NCBI GenBank assembly: GCA_027452205.1
Contig: DAIDGV010000003.1
Span: 201,399-265,398 of the forward strand
Source: a candidate division FCPU426 bacterium
GTDB lineage: Bacteria; Oederibacteriota; Muellerivitia; Muellerivitales; Muellerivitaceae
Direction of reading: 5' to 3'
DNA: 64,000 nt
Below, piece after piece: positions 1 to 10,600 of the stretch. The position numbers were made by a program, and so were the translations under genes. The stretch's first letter is position 1; every line of letters begins with the position of its first letter. The notes beneath the pieces were generated by a model. The model was given only the letters and a program-made list of their open reading frames with translations, searched no databases and was not told the DNA's origin.

Positions 1-25
1 CATGTTCTCTCCTAAAAAATGATGA

Positions 26-1231
26 TTACTTTTTATCCGTCAAAGCGACGATGCCGGGCAATTGCTTGCCTTCCATGAACTCTAAAGAAGCCCCTCCACC
101 CGTCGAGATGTGGGACATCTTGGAGGCTAACCCGGCCTGATTGACCGCGGCCACCGAATCCCCACCGCCAACAATGGTCGTCGCGCCGTTATCTGAAGCA
201 TCGGCCAACAATTTGGCAATAGCAAAGGTCCCCTTAGCAAAAGGCTCCATTTCAAACACACCCACCGGGCCGTTCCAGAATAAGGTCTTGGCGCCCTTGA
301 TAAAGTGCGCATATTTCTCAACCGTAGCCGGACCGATGTCCATGCCTTCCCAACCCGGCAAAATGCCGCCGCGCGGGACTGTCTTGATATTGGCCTTGGC
401 GCTGAAATCGTCGGCGATCACGTGGTCGATGGGCAAAAGCAAGGGCACATCAGTATCAATGGATTGGGTCATCAGCTCTTTGGCCAAACCGATCTTGTCG
501 TTCTCACAGAGGGATTTGCCGATCTCGAACTTGCGGGATTTCAGGAAGGTATAGGACATCCCGCCACCGATAATAAGCACATCCACCACACCCATGAGGC
601 TCTTAATGACATCGATCTTGGTTGAGATCTTCGAACCGCCGACAATGGCCACGAAAGGCCGTGCCGGGTTGGACAAAGCGCCGCCTAAATACTTGATCTC
701 TTTGGTCAGCAGGAACCCGGCAGCCGATTGGGCCACGAACTTCGTGATACCTTCGGTGGAAGCATGCGCCCGATGGGCCGTTCCAAAAGCATCGTTGACG
801 TAAATGTCGGCCAAAGCCGCCAGTTTCTTGGCGAAATCCGGGTTATTCTTTTCTTCTTCGGGATAAAAACGAACATTCTCAAGCAGCGTCACATCGCCAT
901 TCTTCATGGCCGCGACGGCTTTCTCCACCTCCGGGCCGACCGAATCCTTCAAGGCCAGAACAGGTTTCTTCAACAATTCGGCCAATCGACCCGCTACAGG
1001 CTTCAAACGAAGCTTCTCGTCCACGCCCTTGGGACGGCCTAGGTGCGAGCAAAGAACGACCTTAGCGCCTTTGTCCGAAAGATACTGGATGGTCTTCAAG
1101 GATTCGCGGATACGGGTGTCATCGGTGATCTTTTGGTTCTCATCTAAGGGAACATTGAAATCGACACGAACGAACACTCGTTTTCCCGAAGGGTTCAGGT
1201 CCTCGACGGACAATTTGTTATAAGAAGCCAT
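26..1231 (-). CDS. pgk: phosphoglycerate kinase
   Basis: ORF 26..1246 translates to a full-length PGK (VDFNVPLD..., hinge and C-terminal GGGAS motif). The likely true start is the internal ATG at 1231 (MASYNKL), preceded by AAGGA 5 nt upstream. Confidence 0.93.
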   Translation of the reverse strand: MASYNKLSVEDLNPSGKRVFVRVDFNVPLDENQKITDDTRIRESLKTIQYLSDKGAKVVLCSHLGRPKGVDEKLRLKPVAGRLAELLKKPVLALKDSVGPEVEKAVAAMKNGDVTLLENVRFYPEEEKNNPDFAKKLAALADIYVNDAFGTAHRAHASTEGITKFVAQSAAGFLLTKEIKYLGGALSNPARPFVAIVGGSKISTKIDVIKSLMGVVDVLIIGGGMSYTFLKSRKFEIGKSLCENDKIGLAKELMTQSIDTDVPLLLPIDHVIADDFSAKANIKTVPRGGILPGWEGMDIGPATVEKYAHFIKGAKTLFWNGPVGVFEMEPFAKGTFAIAKLLADASDNGATTIVGGGDSVAAVNQAGLASKMSHISTGGGASLEFMEGKQLPGIVALTDKK

Positions 1232-1255
1232 ATGTGGTCCTTTCAAATGTAGGCT

Positions 1256-1300
1256 ACAAAAAAGAAGCGGTTGCCTTCCTTACGGAAAAACAACCGCTTT
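1256..1300 (-). terminator. putative Rho-independent terminator/attenuator between gap and pgk
   Basis: Inverted repeat gaagcggttg...caaccgcttt at 1264-1273 and 1291-1300. A-run at 1258-1263 gives a U-tract after the hairpin on the minus strand. Confidence 0.35.
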
Positions 1301-1331
1301 AAGATCCATCCTATTGAACCTTCAAGAAAAT

Positions 1332-2339
1332 TTATTTCTTGGAGTTCATGTATTCAACCAGGTCCACGACCCGGTTGGAATAACCCCATTCATTGTCATA
1401 CCACGACAGCACCTTCACCATATTGCCGCCGGTCACGTAAGTGGACAAGGCGTCCACGATCGACGAATGTGGGTTGCCTTTGAAGTCGGTCGAGACCAAC
1501 GGTTCTTCCGTCACTTCCAGGTACTTGTTCAAGGCAGGGCTCTTGGCCGCTTCTTTTAAGGCGTTATTGATATCTTCTTTGGTGACGTCTTTCTTCAATT
1601 CAGCCACCAGATCGACCACCGAGACGACAGGTGTCGGGACACGGATAGAAAGACCGTCCAACTTGCCCTTCATGTCCGGCAAGACCAAACCGATGGCCTT
1701 AGCGGCCCCGGTCGAGGTGGGGATCATGTTCAGGCTGGCGGCGCGGGCGCGGCGCAGGTCTTTATGAGGAAAGTCCAAGGTAACTTGGTCGTTCGTAAAG
1801 CTGTGGATGGTCGTCATCAAACCCTTCACGATGCCGAACTTATCGTTCAAGACCTTGGCGAAAGGAGCCAAGCAGTTGGTCGTGCAAGAAGCGTTCGAGA
1901 CCACATGGTGATTCTTCGGGTCATATTTGTCTTCATTGACACCCAAGACGATGGTCAAATCCTCACCCGCAGCCGGGGCGGAAATGATGACCTTCTTGAC
2001 GCTGTCCTTTAGATGAGCGACAGCCTTGGCTTTATCCGTGAAATGGCCGGTTGACTCAACGACAAATTCGGCATTCACGCTGCCCCAAGGGATCTGAGCC
2101 GGGTCGCGTTGGGCGAACACCTTGATCTCTTTGCCATTCACAATGATGGAGTTCTCGCCCGCCTTGATATCCGCGTGCAAATTACCCAAAACCGAGTCAT
2201 ATTTGAGCAAATGAGCCAGTGTCTTAGCATCCGTGAGGTCGTTAACTGCCACGATTTCGATATTCTTGTTGTTCATGGCCGCGCGATAAACATTGCGCCC
2301 TATACGCCCAAATCCGTTGATACCAACCTTGATCGCCAT
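1332..2339 (-). CDS. gap: glyceraldehyde-3-phosphate dehydrogenase (type I)
   Basis: N-terminal GINGFGRIGR NAD-binding motif and catalytic SNASCTTNCLAP motif, 335 aa. Confidence 0.94.
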   Translation of the reverse strand: MAIKVGINGFGRIGRNVYRAAMNNKNIEIVAVNDLTDAKTLAHLLKYDSVLGNLHADIKAGENSIIVNGKEIKVFAQRDPAQIPWGSVNAEFVVESTGHFTDKAKAVAHLKDSVKKVIISAPAAGEDLTIVLGVNEDKYDPKNHHVVSNASCTTNCLAPFAKVLNDKFGIVKGLMTTIHSFTNDQVTLDFPHKDLRRARAASLNMIPTSTGAAKAIGLVLPDMKGKLDGLSIRVPTPVVSVVDLVAELKKDVTKEDINNALKEAAKSPALNKYLEVTEEPLVSTDFKGNPHSSIVDALSTYVTGGNMVKVLSWYDNEWGYSNRVVDLVEYMNSKK

Positions 2340-2416
2340 AAAAGCCCTCCAAGGGTCTAAGTTAAGAGCGGTTAAACTAACATAGCGGTTTTATAGGGTC
2401 AAGGCCCGAATCCCCA

Positions 2417-3172
2417 CTAATTCCCTGCCCTATCATTTCCGTGACGGGGTGTCCGTCCCCAAACGACCGCACCGACCCATCGCACTCCAGCCGTCTTTAA
2501 GACTTTGGCACATTCTTCCAAAGTGGCTCCCGTGGTCAAAACATCATCAACTAGGACAACTCGTTCCACACCCGCGAGCGCGATGACCTCAAAAGCGCCA
2601 CGAGGATTTTTCAAGCGTTCTTCCCGACTTAATGTTCTTTGTGAAACGTTGGAACGAGTTTTTTGGATGAGCGGAAGGACAGGTATATCCGTTCCGATCG
2701 ATATCTGATGCGCTAAAAGTGCCGAAGGGTTATACCCCCGCTCTCTTTCTTTTTCGGGGTTCATTGGCACAGGGATCAAAGCTTGGACTTCTTTCCAAAA
2801 GGAACCGGCTATCGGAATCGTGATCTTATGGGCTAAGGGTATGGCCAAATGTTCCATACCTTGGAATTTGAAAGCATGGTGGGCCAGACGCAGAGCGCCT
2901 TCATAGGGTCCCAAAGAACGGACCGTATCTAAATGGGATGGCATTTCCCCGCAATCAAGACAACGTGGCTCGCCAACCCCCTCAAAGGCTCTTTCTGGAA
3001 GGGATATGCCGCATCGTTCGCAAACCGGGGACCGATAGGGTTCAATCCGATCAAAACAAACCGAACAAAGCACATTAGAAAGCCCTTGGCTGAAGGCAGA
3101 GCCGCAACAAACGCAAACTTTCGGGAAGAACAGATCAAGGAAAGTGGAGGGAACTTTGGAAAGAACACCCAT
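2417..3172 (-). CDS. comF: ComF-family protein (double zinc-ribbon N-terminus plus phosphoribosyltransferase domain)
   Basis: CxxC...CxxC pairs at the N-terminus and a PRTase motif VLVDDVLTTGAT near the C-terminus, typical of ComFC. Confidence 0.65.
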   Translation of the reverse strand: MGVLSKVPSTFLDLFFPKVCVCCGSAFSQGLSNVLCSVCFDRIEPYRSPVCERCGISLPERAFEGVGEPRCLDCGEMPSHLDTVRSLGPYEGALRLAHHAFKFQGMEHLAIPLAHKITIPIAGSFWKEVQALIPVPMNPEKERERGYNPSALLAHQISIGTDIPVLPLIQKTRSNVSQRTLSREERLKNPRGAFEVIALAGVERVVLVDDVLTTGATLEECAKVLKTAGVRWVGAVVWGRTPRHGNDRAGN

Positions 3173-3175
3173 GGA

Positions 3176-6100
3176 TTATTTAATTACCGCGATCTTTTCA
3201 ATGTCCTGAAGGCCGCTCATTTCGGTGGTGATCATATAAACGCCTGATGCCACAAAGTCCCCACTGGCATTCCGTCCGTCCCACTGCAGAGGGTAATTCC
3301 CGCCGACACCATAAACCCCCACATTAAAATACTGGCTGACCAACTGTTTGATAAACACCCCGCTGATACTATAGACCTTGATAGTCACCGTACTGGGATT
3401 CGTGACCACAAAGCGGACATGCACCACCTGTTCATTGGATGTGCCATAGGGACGTAAGCTGTTTCTGTCCAACGCCACGCTCGCGGTCAAACCCGTGGCG
3501 GTCACGGTATTATAAGTCGTTTCATGGACCATGTTTGGATCATTAGTGTTCACGTTGGGCGGCGCGTCATAAGCCCTGACTAAATAGGTATAGGTAGTCC
3601 CATTAATAATCGTGACATCATCCGTATAGCTAGTGGCCGTCGTTCCCTGTGGGTTCAATAATTGATAACTTCCTCCGCCATCACTGGACCGATAAACATG
3701 GTATCCCCCCAACGGATACATGGTCGAAGAATTGAAGTCTGTCACGCCGCTGTTGGCCGCAGTCCAGCTGATGGTATTACCGCTTTGGCCCTGGACCAGG
3801 GTCAAATTCGGATTATCCACCACCGGAGGATGGGCTGGCAGTGCGTTAGCGATCGGGCTATAACCGATCAAGCTGGTATGAGGATCGATCGCGAGGATCT
3901 GATAGTTATAAAGGGTCTTGTCCAACAAGCCCGTGTCAGTGTAATCCAGACCTGTCAATCCGGAAACAATGGTCTGGAAGGACGAAGCCGGGGCCGTTCC
4001 TAATTTTCGTTGAATGGTATAGGTGTAAGCGCTGGCCGCAGCTGTCCCTTGATAGCTCCATCGCAACTGAGCGATCTGATCCCCCGAAACCGCACTCAGC
4101 GTTGTAGGACCCTGGGGCGGTACGGTCAGGGTGACACTATTCGAATACGGGCCGTAGATGTTCTCTCCCGTGGTCGCAATGGCAACCGGCGCCACTTGAT
4201 AGACATAGGCGGACGTATAACCAGTCGTTGTATCCGTATAGGTGGTATTTGTAACGCTCGAAACCGAATAAGTTTGTGTCGTATTCGTTGAAATGGGAGT
4301 GGCTAAGGCTAATCGCTGGATCACGTAACTACCAAAACCAGGGGTAGCGATCTGAGTTACCGGTGACCAATTGAGGATCGCTTGGCTCACCCCCGCTGCC
4401 CCTGACATGGCCAACGGCGGTCCGGCCATGACCGCAACTTCAGTGGTCGGAGCACTTTTGAGCCCCGCTGAGATATCGTCCATATAGTAGAAATACGGTG
4501 TGCCAACCGCCACTTGTGTATCTATATATGGTCCTGAGTGGAAAGGAAGGACTGTTGGCGTTCCGTAAGGTGTCGCTGTGCCTGAGACCAATGCTTTATA
4601 AACCTCATAGGCTGTGACTGGCGCGCTTCCCGTCACTGGCGCCGTCCAATTGAGGGTTACAGCCGCTGAACCTGCCGAAGCCATAAAAACGGAAGGCGGA
4701 TTGGGCCAAACATTGATACCCAAAATGCCTGATAAAGAGAAATTCGCTGTCACCCCCGCACCGTTATCCGAAACGAACTTGTAATAGTTGATGTAACCCG
4801 TCACCGGTGCCGAATCAAAAAGGACCGTAGCAGAACTGCTGAGGCCCCCTATCGTCGTATAGGTCGAAAAACCCGGGTCTGTGGAACGATAAACCGTACA
4901 TTCTTGGGCCGCGCCGCTCGGGAAAGTAATGCCAGATATCCAGACCCCCGGCGTGGGGGTTTGAACAACGCTATAGCCCGTCGGCGTGTTCATAGAAACT
5001 ACTGGCGTGATGGTAGGAACTGGGAAGACGGTCAAGGTCACCGAACTATTACTTGGTCCGCCTGAATTATTGGCGATCACGTAATAAGTCGAAAGAACAC
5101 CTGGGCTTTCAGAGAATACCGCCGACATGGTCGCTGCCGGAACTACTGGAGCACCCGCGACCCCATTGTGGTAAACCGTATAAGTCGCGACATTGTCCGA
5201 CGCGGGGTTATTGAGCCAGAACAAGGTAGTCGCACTTGAGCTTGTATTGGCAACGAGTCCACCTGGCACATTGGGCCAGGTATTCACCGTACCAGGGGCT
5301 GATCCGCTGATCGAAACCGGGCTCTCGGCTACCGGGGTTCCAAGACCATTTGTGGAGCGTTGTGTGACAAAATAAGAATAAAGAACCGCGGGCGAAGCCG
5401 ACGTATCCAGATAACCCGAACTGCCCACGGCAACCGTGGCGATAGGCCTGTATTGAAGGTCCCCTCCCGGGGTCGGCGTGGCCGAAGACCGGTAAATGAC
5501 CCAATGGTCAATGTTCGGTGTTGTATCCGGCATAGGGGTCACATTCCATGACACCGTCACCCCTTGAGCCGGGGATTGAACGACTGCCGTCACATTATAA
5601 GTTGGGGCTGAAATGGCCGAAAAGGACACAGCCTGACTAGCACCAACCGAGTTGTAAGCGACCAAATAATAAGGTGTTGCGGCCCCCAAAGGCGGAAGGG
5701 GTGCTGGGAAAGGGGTCTCCGTTGGTCCAATGGTGTACTCAGGCGTAGGCGGGATCGTCCAAGTTGGGTAATCGGAGCCATAAACTTGATAATTCGTGAT
5801 ATTGTCCGCCTCTGGGTTCATTATCCAGCGCCAGGTCATGTTTGTTGCCGTTTGGATCGCAGGAAGAATCGTCGGCGTTTTTGGAACATATCCAGGCACA
5901 CTATTCGTCGTGATCATATTGGATAAGACCGCTAGGTCCGAAATATTCCCAAAATTATCGATGGCACCCACCGCGTAAGACACCCCGGTGCCGGAAGCGG
6001 CGTCCACGTAATCATTCCGACTGGACAAACTCGCCGATACGGTCGAAACCATGGTGGGTGTTCCCCCATTTACCACCCGGTAAATGGCATAATGACTTAT

Positions 6101-7684
6101 CGTCCCAAACAATCCCGGCAAGGCCCCTGACCAGGAAATGTTAACTTGGTTATTTGTGTTGGCTATTTGATTAGCAATCACAGTTGTGACCGGGGTCGGC
6201 GCCCAATGCTGGGTCGACGAGACCGTATCACCCAAGACCGGGATGGTCGCGGCCCCTGTTGGAATGCCATAGAAAGGTTGTACCCAATAGGAATTACTGG
6301 AATCCGTCACGGTATCGACCGCTATCAGGGTAGGTGTTTGGGAAGGCGTTTCAATGATGGTGGCGAAAGGCAAGGGCGTGAATGTGGGTGACGGTGTGCC
6401 TGCCACCCAGGTCACAACGGGGTAAGGAACTGGCGGCGCTCCGCTCAGGCCTTTATAAACGTTATATCCTTTAATCCCATAAGTTCCGGGGTTGCCCTGG
6501 ATCCAAGTGATGGTCACCGCATCATTAGTCGGGTTAGCGGTCACCGTCATCCCCCCGTTCATCGAAGGTCGGATGATGGAGCCATCAAAAACATTGGAAG
6601 TGACTGCCCCGTTGTTATTGATCGATGCGATGGAATAAGCCAAAGCCGGTCCGCCAGCAGCCACCGGTAACAGGGTCGTATCGAGATAAGTGAAGGTGGG
6701 CGTCGTCGTCGGAGGGACCAAGATCGTCGCGATGGCCGTTCCATTGGATAGGACCTTGAATTGGGTCACCGTTTCGACCGGCAAGGGCGGATTCCAGAAA
6801 AGTTGAACGCCATAGACAGGGGTCGCGTTAGGGGTCATGGTCGGCGTTACCGCCGGCACATACCCGGACAGGAACGGGGTCACGGGCGGCAAGTTATTAT
6901 TCGCCAGGGCCCCAAAGGTAGTGACCGTCGGGTAAGACCCGGTTACCCCATTACTATCGACACCTAATACCGTATAAAAAACCGATGTGGCGCCCGTAAT
7001 GGTCGCCGCTTGTTGATCGGAATAAGAAGGCGTCATGACAGTGGCCACAAAGGTCGGCACCGCCGTCAAGAAAGTTGAAACAGGCATGGTATTCCCTGTC
7101 GGGATAGTGGCCGATGTTTGACGATAGATGTAGTAAGAGGCGACCGGAAAAGTCGACAAGGGGATCCCCCAAGTCAGGTCCAAAGCGTTGTTGTGAATGT
7201 TCTGGACAGAGGGACTGATCGCCGCGGGCGCGGTATAAGGCAAGGCGGTCACCCGTGCCGAAGGGCCATTACCTGAGGCGTTTATCCCCCAGATCGAGTA
7301 CTGGTAAACGATACCGTCGGTCACTTGAAAGTCGGTCAAAGCAGGGGTCGTTGTTGAGGCGACCAAGGAAGAAGATTGCACAATAGCGATCGGTGTCGAG
7401 GTCGGCACCGGTGTTTCCGTTGGAGGGCCACCCGGGGTATCAGTGAACGTTGGTGAGTAATAAACATCCCGGGCAATAGCGTAATTGGTCGCGGCGGGAA
7501 CAGCTTGCCAGATCAAATTGACCTGCCCGCTATAAGGGCTCATGGTCGCGACACCCAACGGCGCCGCCGGCACCTGGGCCCCAACCACCGCGGCAAGGGC
7601 CAGAAACAACACGATTGAAAAAAGGATAGTCTTCTGCCCGTTCAAACGAAGATCCTTTGGGTGAAATGAGCTGAGAGGATCCAT
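3176..7684 (-). CDS. 1502-aa secreted surface protein with many tandem fibronectin-III-like modules and a C-terminal T9SS type-A (Por_Secre_tail / FlgD-Ig-like) sorting domain
   Basis: N-terminal signal peptide (ILFSIVLFLALAAVVGAQ). Repeated modules with W...Y.VYR/Y.V.A motifs, T/P/S/V-rich. The last ~80 aa carry VTIKVYSISGVFIKQL...WDGRNASGDFVASGVYMI...KIAVIK. Start codon overlaps the stop of the upstream giant gene (TGATG at 7682-7686). Confidence 0.6.
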   Translation of the reverse strand: MDPLSSFHPKDLRLNGQKTILFSIVLFLALAAVVGAQVPAAPLGVATMSPYSGQVNLIWQAVPAATNYAIARDVYYSPTFTDTPGGPPTETPVPTSTPIAIVQSSSLVASTTTPALTDFQVTDGIVYQYSIWGINASGNGPSARVTALPYTAPAAISPSVQNIHNNALDLTWGIPLSTFPVASYYIYRQTSATIPTGNTMPVSTFLTAVPTFVATVMTPSYSDQQAATITGATSVFYTVLGVDSNGVTGSYPTVTTFGALANNNLPPVTPFLSGYVPAVTPTMTPNATPVYGVQLFWNPPLPVETVTQFKVLSNGTAIATILVPPTTTPTFTYLDTTLLPVAAGGPALAYSIASINNNGAVTSNVFDGSIIRPSMNGGMTVTANPTNDAVTITWIQGNPGTYGIKGYNVYKGLSGAPPVPYPVVTWVAGTPSPTFTPLPFATIIETPSQTPTLIAVDTVTDSSNSYWVQPFYGIPTGAATIPVLGDTVSSTQHWAPTPVTTVIANQIANTNNQVNISWSGALPGLFGTISHYAIYRVVNGGTPTMVSTVSASLSSRNDYVDAASGTGVSYAVGAIDNFGNISDLAVLSNMITTNSVPGYVPKTPTILPAIQTATNMTWRWIMNPEADNITNYQVYGSDYPTWTIPPTPEYTIGPTETPFPAPLPPLGAATPYYLVAYNSVGASQAVSFSAISAPTYNVTAVVQSPAQGVTVSWNVTPMPDTTPNIDHWVIYRSSATPTPGGDLQYRPIATVAVGSSGYLDTSASPAVLYSYFVTQRSTNGLGTPVAESPVSISGSAPGTVNTWPNVPGGLVANTSSSATTLFWLNNPASDNVATYTVYHNGVAGAPVVPAATMSAVFSESPGVLSTYYVIANNSGGPSNSSVTLTVFPVPTITPVVSMNTPTGYSVVQTPTPGVWISGITFPSGAAQECTVYRSTDPGFSTYTTIGGLSSSATVLFDSAPVTGYINYYKFVSDNGAGVTANFSLSGILGINVWPNPPSVFMASAGSAAVTLNWTAPVTGSAPVTAYEVYKALVSGTATPYGTPTVLPFHSGPYIDTQVAVGTPYFYYMDDISAGLKSAPTTEVAVMAGPPLAMSGAAGVSQAILNWSPVTQIATPGFGSYVIQRLALATPISTNTTQTYSVSSVTNTTYTDTTTGYTSAYVYQVAPVAIATTGENIYGPYSNSVTLTVPPQGPTTLSAVSGDQIAQLRWSYQGTAAASAYTYTIQRKLGTAPASSFQTIVSGLTGLDYTDTGLLDKTLYNYQILAIDPHTSLIGYSPIANALPAHPPVVDNPNLTLVQGQSGNTISWTAANSGVTDFNSSTMYPLGGYHVYRSSDGGGSYQLLNPQGTTATSYTDDVTIINGTTYTYLVRAYDAPPNVNTNDPNMVHETTYNTVTATGLTASVALDRNSLRPYGTSNEQVVHVRFVVTNPSTVTIKVYSISGVFIKQLVSQYFNVGVYGVGGNYPLQWDGRNASGDFVASGVYMITTEMSGLQDIEKIAVIK

Positions 7685-10600
7685 CAGAACTTAGCCTCAC
7701 CAGATAACGAGATCTGCCAAAGAACATAACCCAGGGTTGAGGTCAAATAATCCGTGTAGTACTCATTAATCCCCGTCAACCCAATACGTAAGTTCTTCAA
7801 AGCGTTGTAATCGAACTCGAGTGTACCACGGTATCTTTGGGTTTTGATCTGGTTGTAGGTATATAAAGAATCATTCTCAGTGTAATCACTCAGGAAATTC
7901 GCCTTGAACTCGATGGCATCATGCAGCTGGATCTTCCAGTGGGTGAAAGGAATATGCAACATGAGGTTCGGCGCGAACTTCTGATCGTATTCCGCCGACA
8001 GCTGGTAATCATGTGTATAGGTCGGCACATTCGTGGTGGCCAACCCATTCTGTTCACCTAGTGACTCTTGGAAGCGAATGTTCCCCTGAGACGTCTTGCT
8101 GATCTCATAAGGGAATGTGACACCAAAAATATCGCTTTCAGAATAACTATCGACCTGACTGACGACCGAGCTGTCATACTGCGTGCTATCCGTGTGGGTG
8201 TATTCAATTTGGGCCGAATTCACGCTAAAGCTCAACCACGGGAGGGTAAATATCCTTTTGTTGTAGATCGTAGTGATCCCTAGCGTATCACTCACTTGTT
8301 GCGTGGGGGGGGCGCCCGTATACAGCAATGAATATTGGTCCGTCCAGGAACCGGTGGGGCGAAAATCCCAAACATCGAACAATTTAAAACTCGCGTTCAA
8401 TTGGTCGGTGGTGGATCGTGTCGCCAGCAAAGCAATCTTGTCGATATTGGGATCCGTCGGGTCGATCAGCCACCACTGCTGTCCAAAATTTAATTCTCCC
8501 GCTTGATAACCCGGGATTGAGACAGTGGAGCTGTCCGTCCTTCCACCGAACAAGGTCAAATTGATCTGTTGGAAGAAAGGCAGCCAAGAGCCTGGCGTGA
8601 CGTTCAAGGAATAGTTCACATTGTTCGAGTTGGAGAAGCGTAGCCCATCTTGATAATCTACCGCGTCATACGTGTCGCTACCCGAATAGGTGATCGAGGG
8701 AATGACACCGGGTACCCCCCGATAGACCAATCCTCCCTTGGGCTGGAACTGTTGGACGAAAGGTACCGGTGTCGCCACCGAGCCGGGAACCCCCGGCGAA
8801 TTGGTATTCCCCACCGCGTCGGTCAGCGCCACACTGAACCCCGGCGTGAATACCAAGTTCTTCACAACCTCGGTCGTATTGGTCCAGCCGTAATTTTGCT
8901 GATAGGTCGTGCGATCATACGGCGACAGGAAATTGAAGGTAAAGTCCTGCTGATCATGGGTCAGTGTATAGTTTTCGGTCAATTGGTTCGTGCCAATCGG
9001 GAAGAACCAGAGCTTGGTAGGCATATCATAAGTGCTGATCAAGCTCACCCGCTGTTCGTATTTTTCTGTATTTCCTTGCACCCCGGGTTGGTCCAAATAA
9101 GCCGATTGATAGACATCAACTTCTGAACTGGTGCTACCCGAAAGATTGATGCTGGTCAGACGGCCGAATTCAGGGCCCAGGTCCTTGGTATAAAGGATAC
9201 TGCCGGTGGTCGTATCGATCTGGCTATTGGGAAGGTCCAGGTAATAGGGATTGTTTAGGAGCGCCGTCTCGGTATAAAGCTCTTGATCGGTGAAGGAGAA
9301 TTGGGCCCTCAAAGGCTGTCCGAACAGGTATATCCCACTCGAGGAATAATCCAAACCATATTGAAGCGAGTGTTGAAAATGGGTGGAAGTCTGGTCGATC
9401 TCCGTGAAACCGGAATCTACCTCTCGATAACGGCCGTCGATGACGGCAAAAGGTTTTTTCGGGTCATCACCCAGCACCATTTCCGCGTTCAAACGACGGG
9501 CCGTACCGGTCCGCACATTGGCCGTGTTCGTTCTTAGATTGTCGATCCAAACTTCGCCGGTACGGCCGCCTGGCGGATTGGGAGAAATAAAACCAAAGCT
9601 GATCTGGCTCGCCTTGTTGATATAGGGCGTCCCCACAGTTGTCCGATTCCCGCCGGATCCGTCGATCGCCACATTGACCGCTCCCCAGTTGTCCAGCCCC
9701 AAATTGTTCGCCAGTGATTCCATACTAATGTTGTATTGGTAATAGTCCAACTGGTCATTGCCGATGCGGATGAAAAAGATGTCGCCTTGGTTATAACTAC
9801 GGATATTCATATCCATCGCCAGGTTTTGGTAGTCGGTGAAATCCAGGCCCTGTTGGAAGATGCGGGTCGTATAGTAAATAGGCTTTCCATTGATGTTCCC
9901 AGCCGGGTCATAATCCGCCGAGGAAAGATTGTACGTAATGTCGAGCGACTTCTCATTGAACTGGATGGCATTTTGGTCCTGGCCGGGTTGGATAATAATG
10001 AAGCGCATATTGGGATTGTAGGTCGAGTTCTCGGCTTGACTGATGGAGTTCACGTTGAATTTCGATGGATTGATGGTGACACCCATATCCGCGTTAGCAC
10101 CTGGATCTACCGCCAACTGCCACAAGTTATGCGTGAAATTGATGGTGTCGATCAGGAAATTACCATCGATCGGGGTGCCACTGGTCCCCGTGATCCACAT
10201 TCGCAAACTTTTGACCACAATGGCGTTGGGTGTGCCTTGGCTATGAAAAAAATAAGAAATACCGTTTGATGTAGAGGACTGGTAATCCGGCGACACCAAA
10301 TTCACCGGTATCTTGATCAACTGCCACCCCGACCAATTTGCCCTGATACCATACTCAAAGTAATTATCCTGAGTATTTAAGACACCGGTACCATCCATGT
10401 TCTGCGTAACAAAGCTACCGTTATACTGACCTTCTTGGGAAGTCTCGGGTTGCCCCGGGGAAGAATTGTTGACCACATTGTAATTATTATAGCCTGCCTG
10501 TAAGCCGATGAATCCTAAATCACCATGATTATCGGGCAAGTAATTGAATCCGGCGTGTTGGACGTTATAGGCGAAAGGATTGTTATCAAAAGCGGTATAG

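Noticed and set aside
2929-3247. 79-aa minus and 104-aa plus ORFs at the comF/FN3-protein junction
   Set aside because: They overlap well-supported coding regions in alternative frames and have no motif content.
3176-7684. Possible CRISPR-like or tandem DNA repeats within the FN3-array gene
   Set aside because: The repetitiveness is at the protein-domain level (diverged ~90-100-aa FN3 units). There are no regular short direct repeats with unique spacers. No CRISPR array is evident anywhere in the window.
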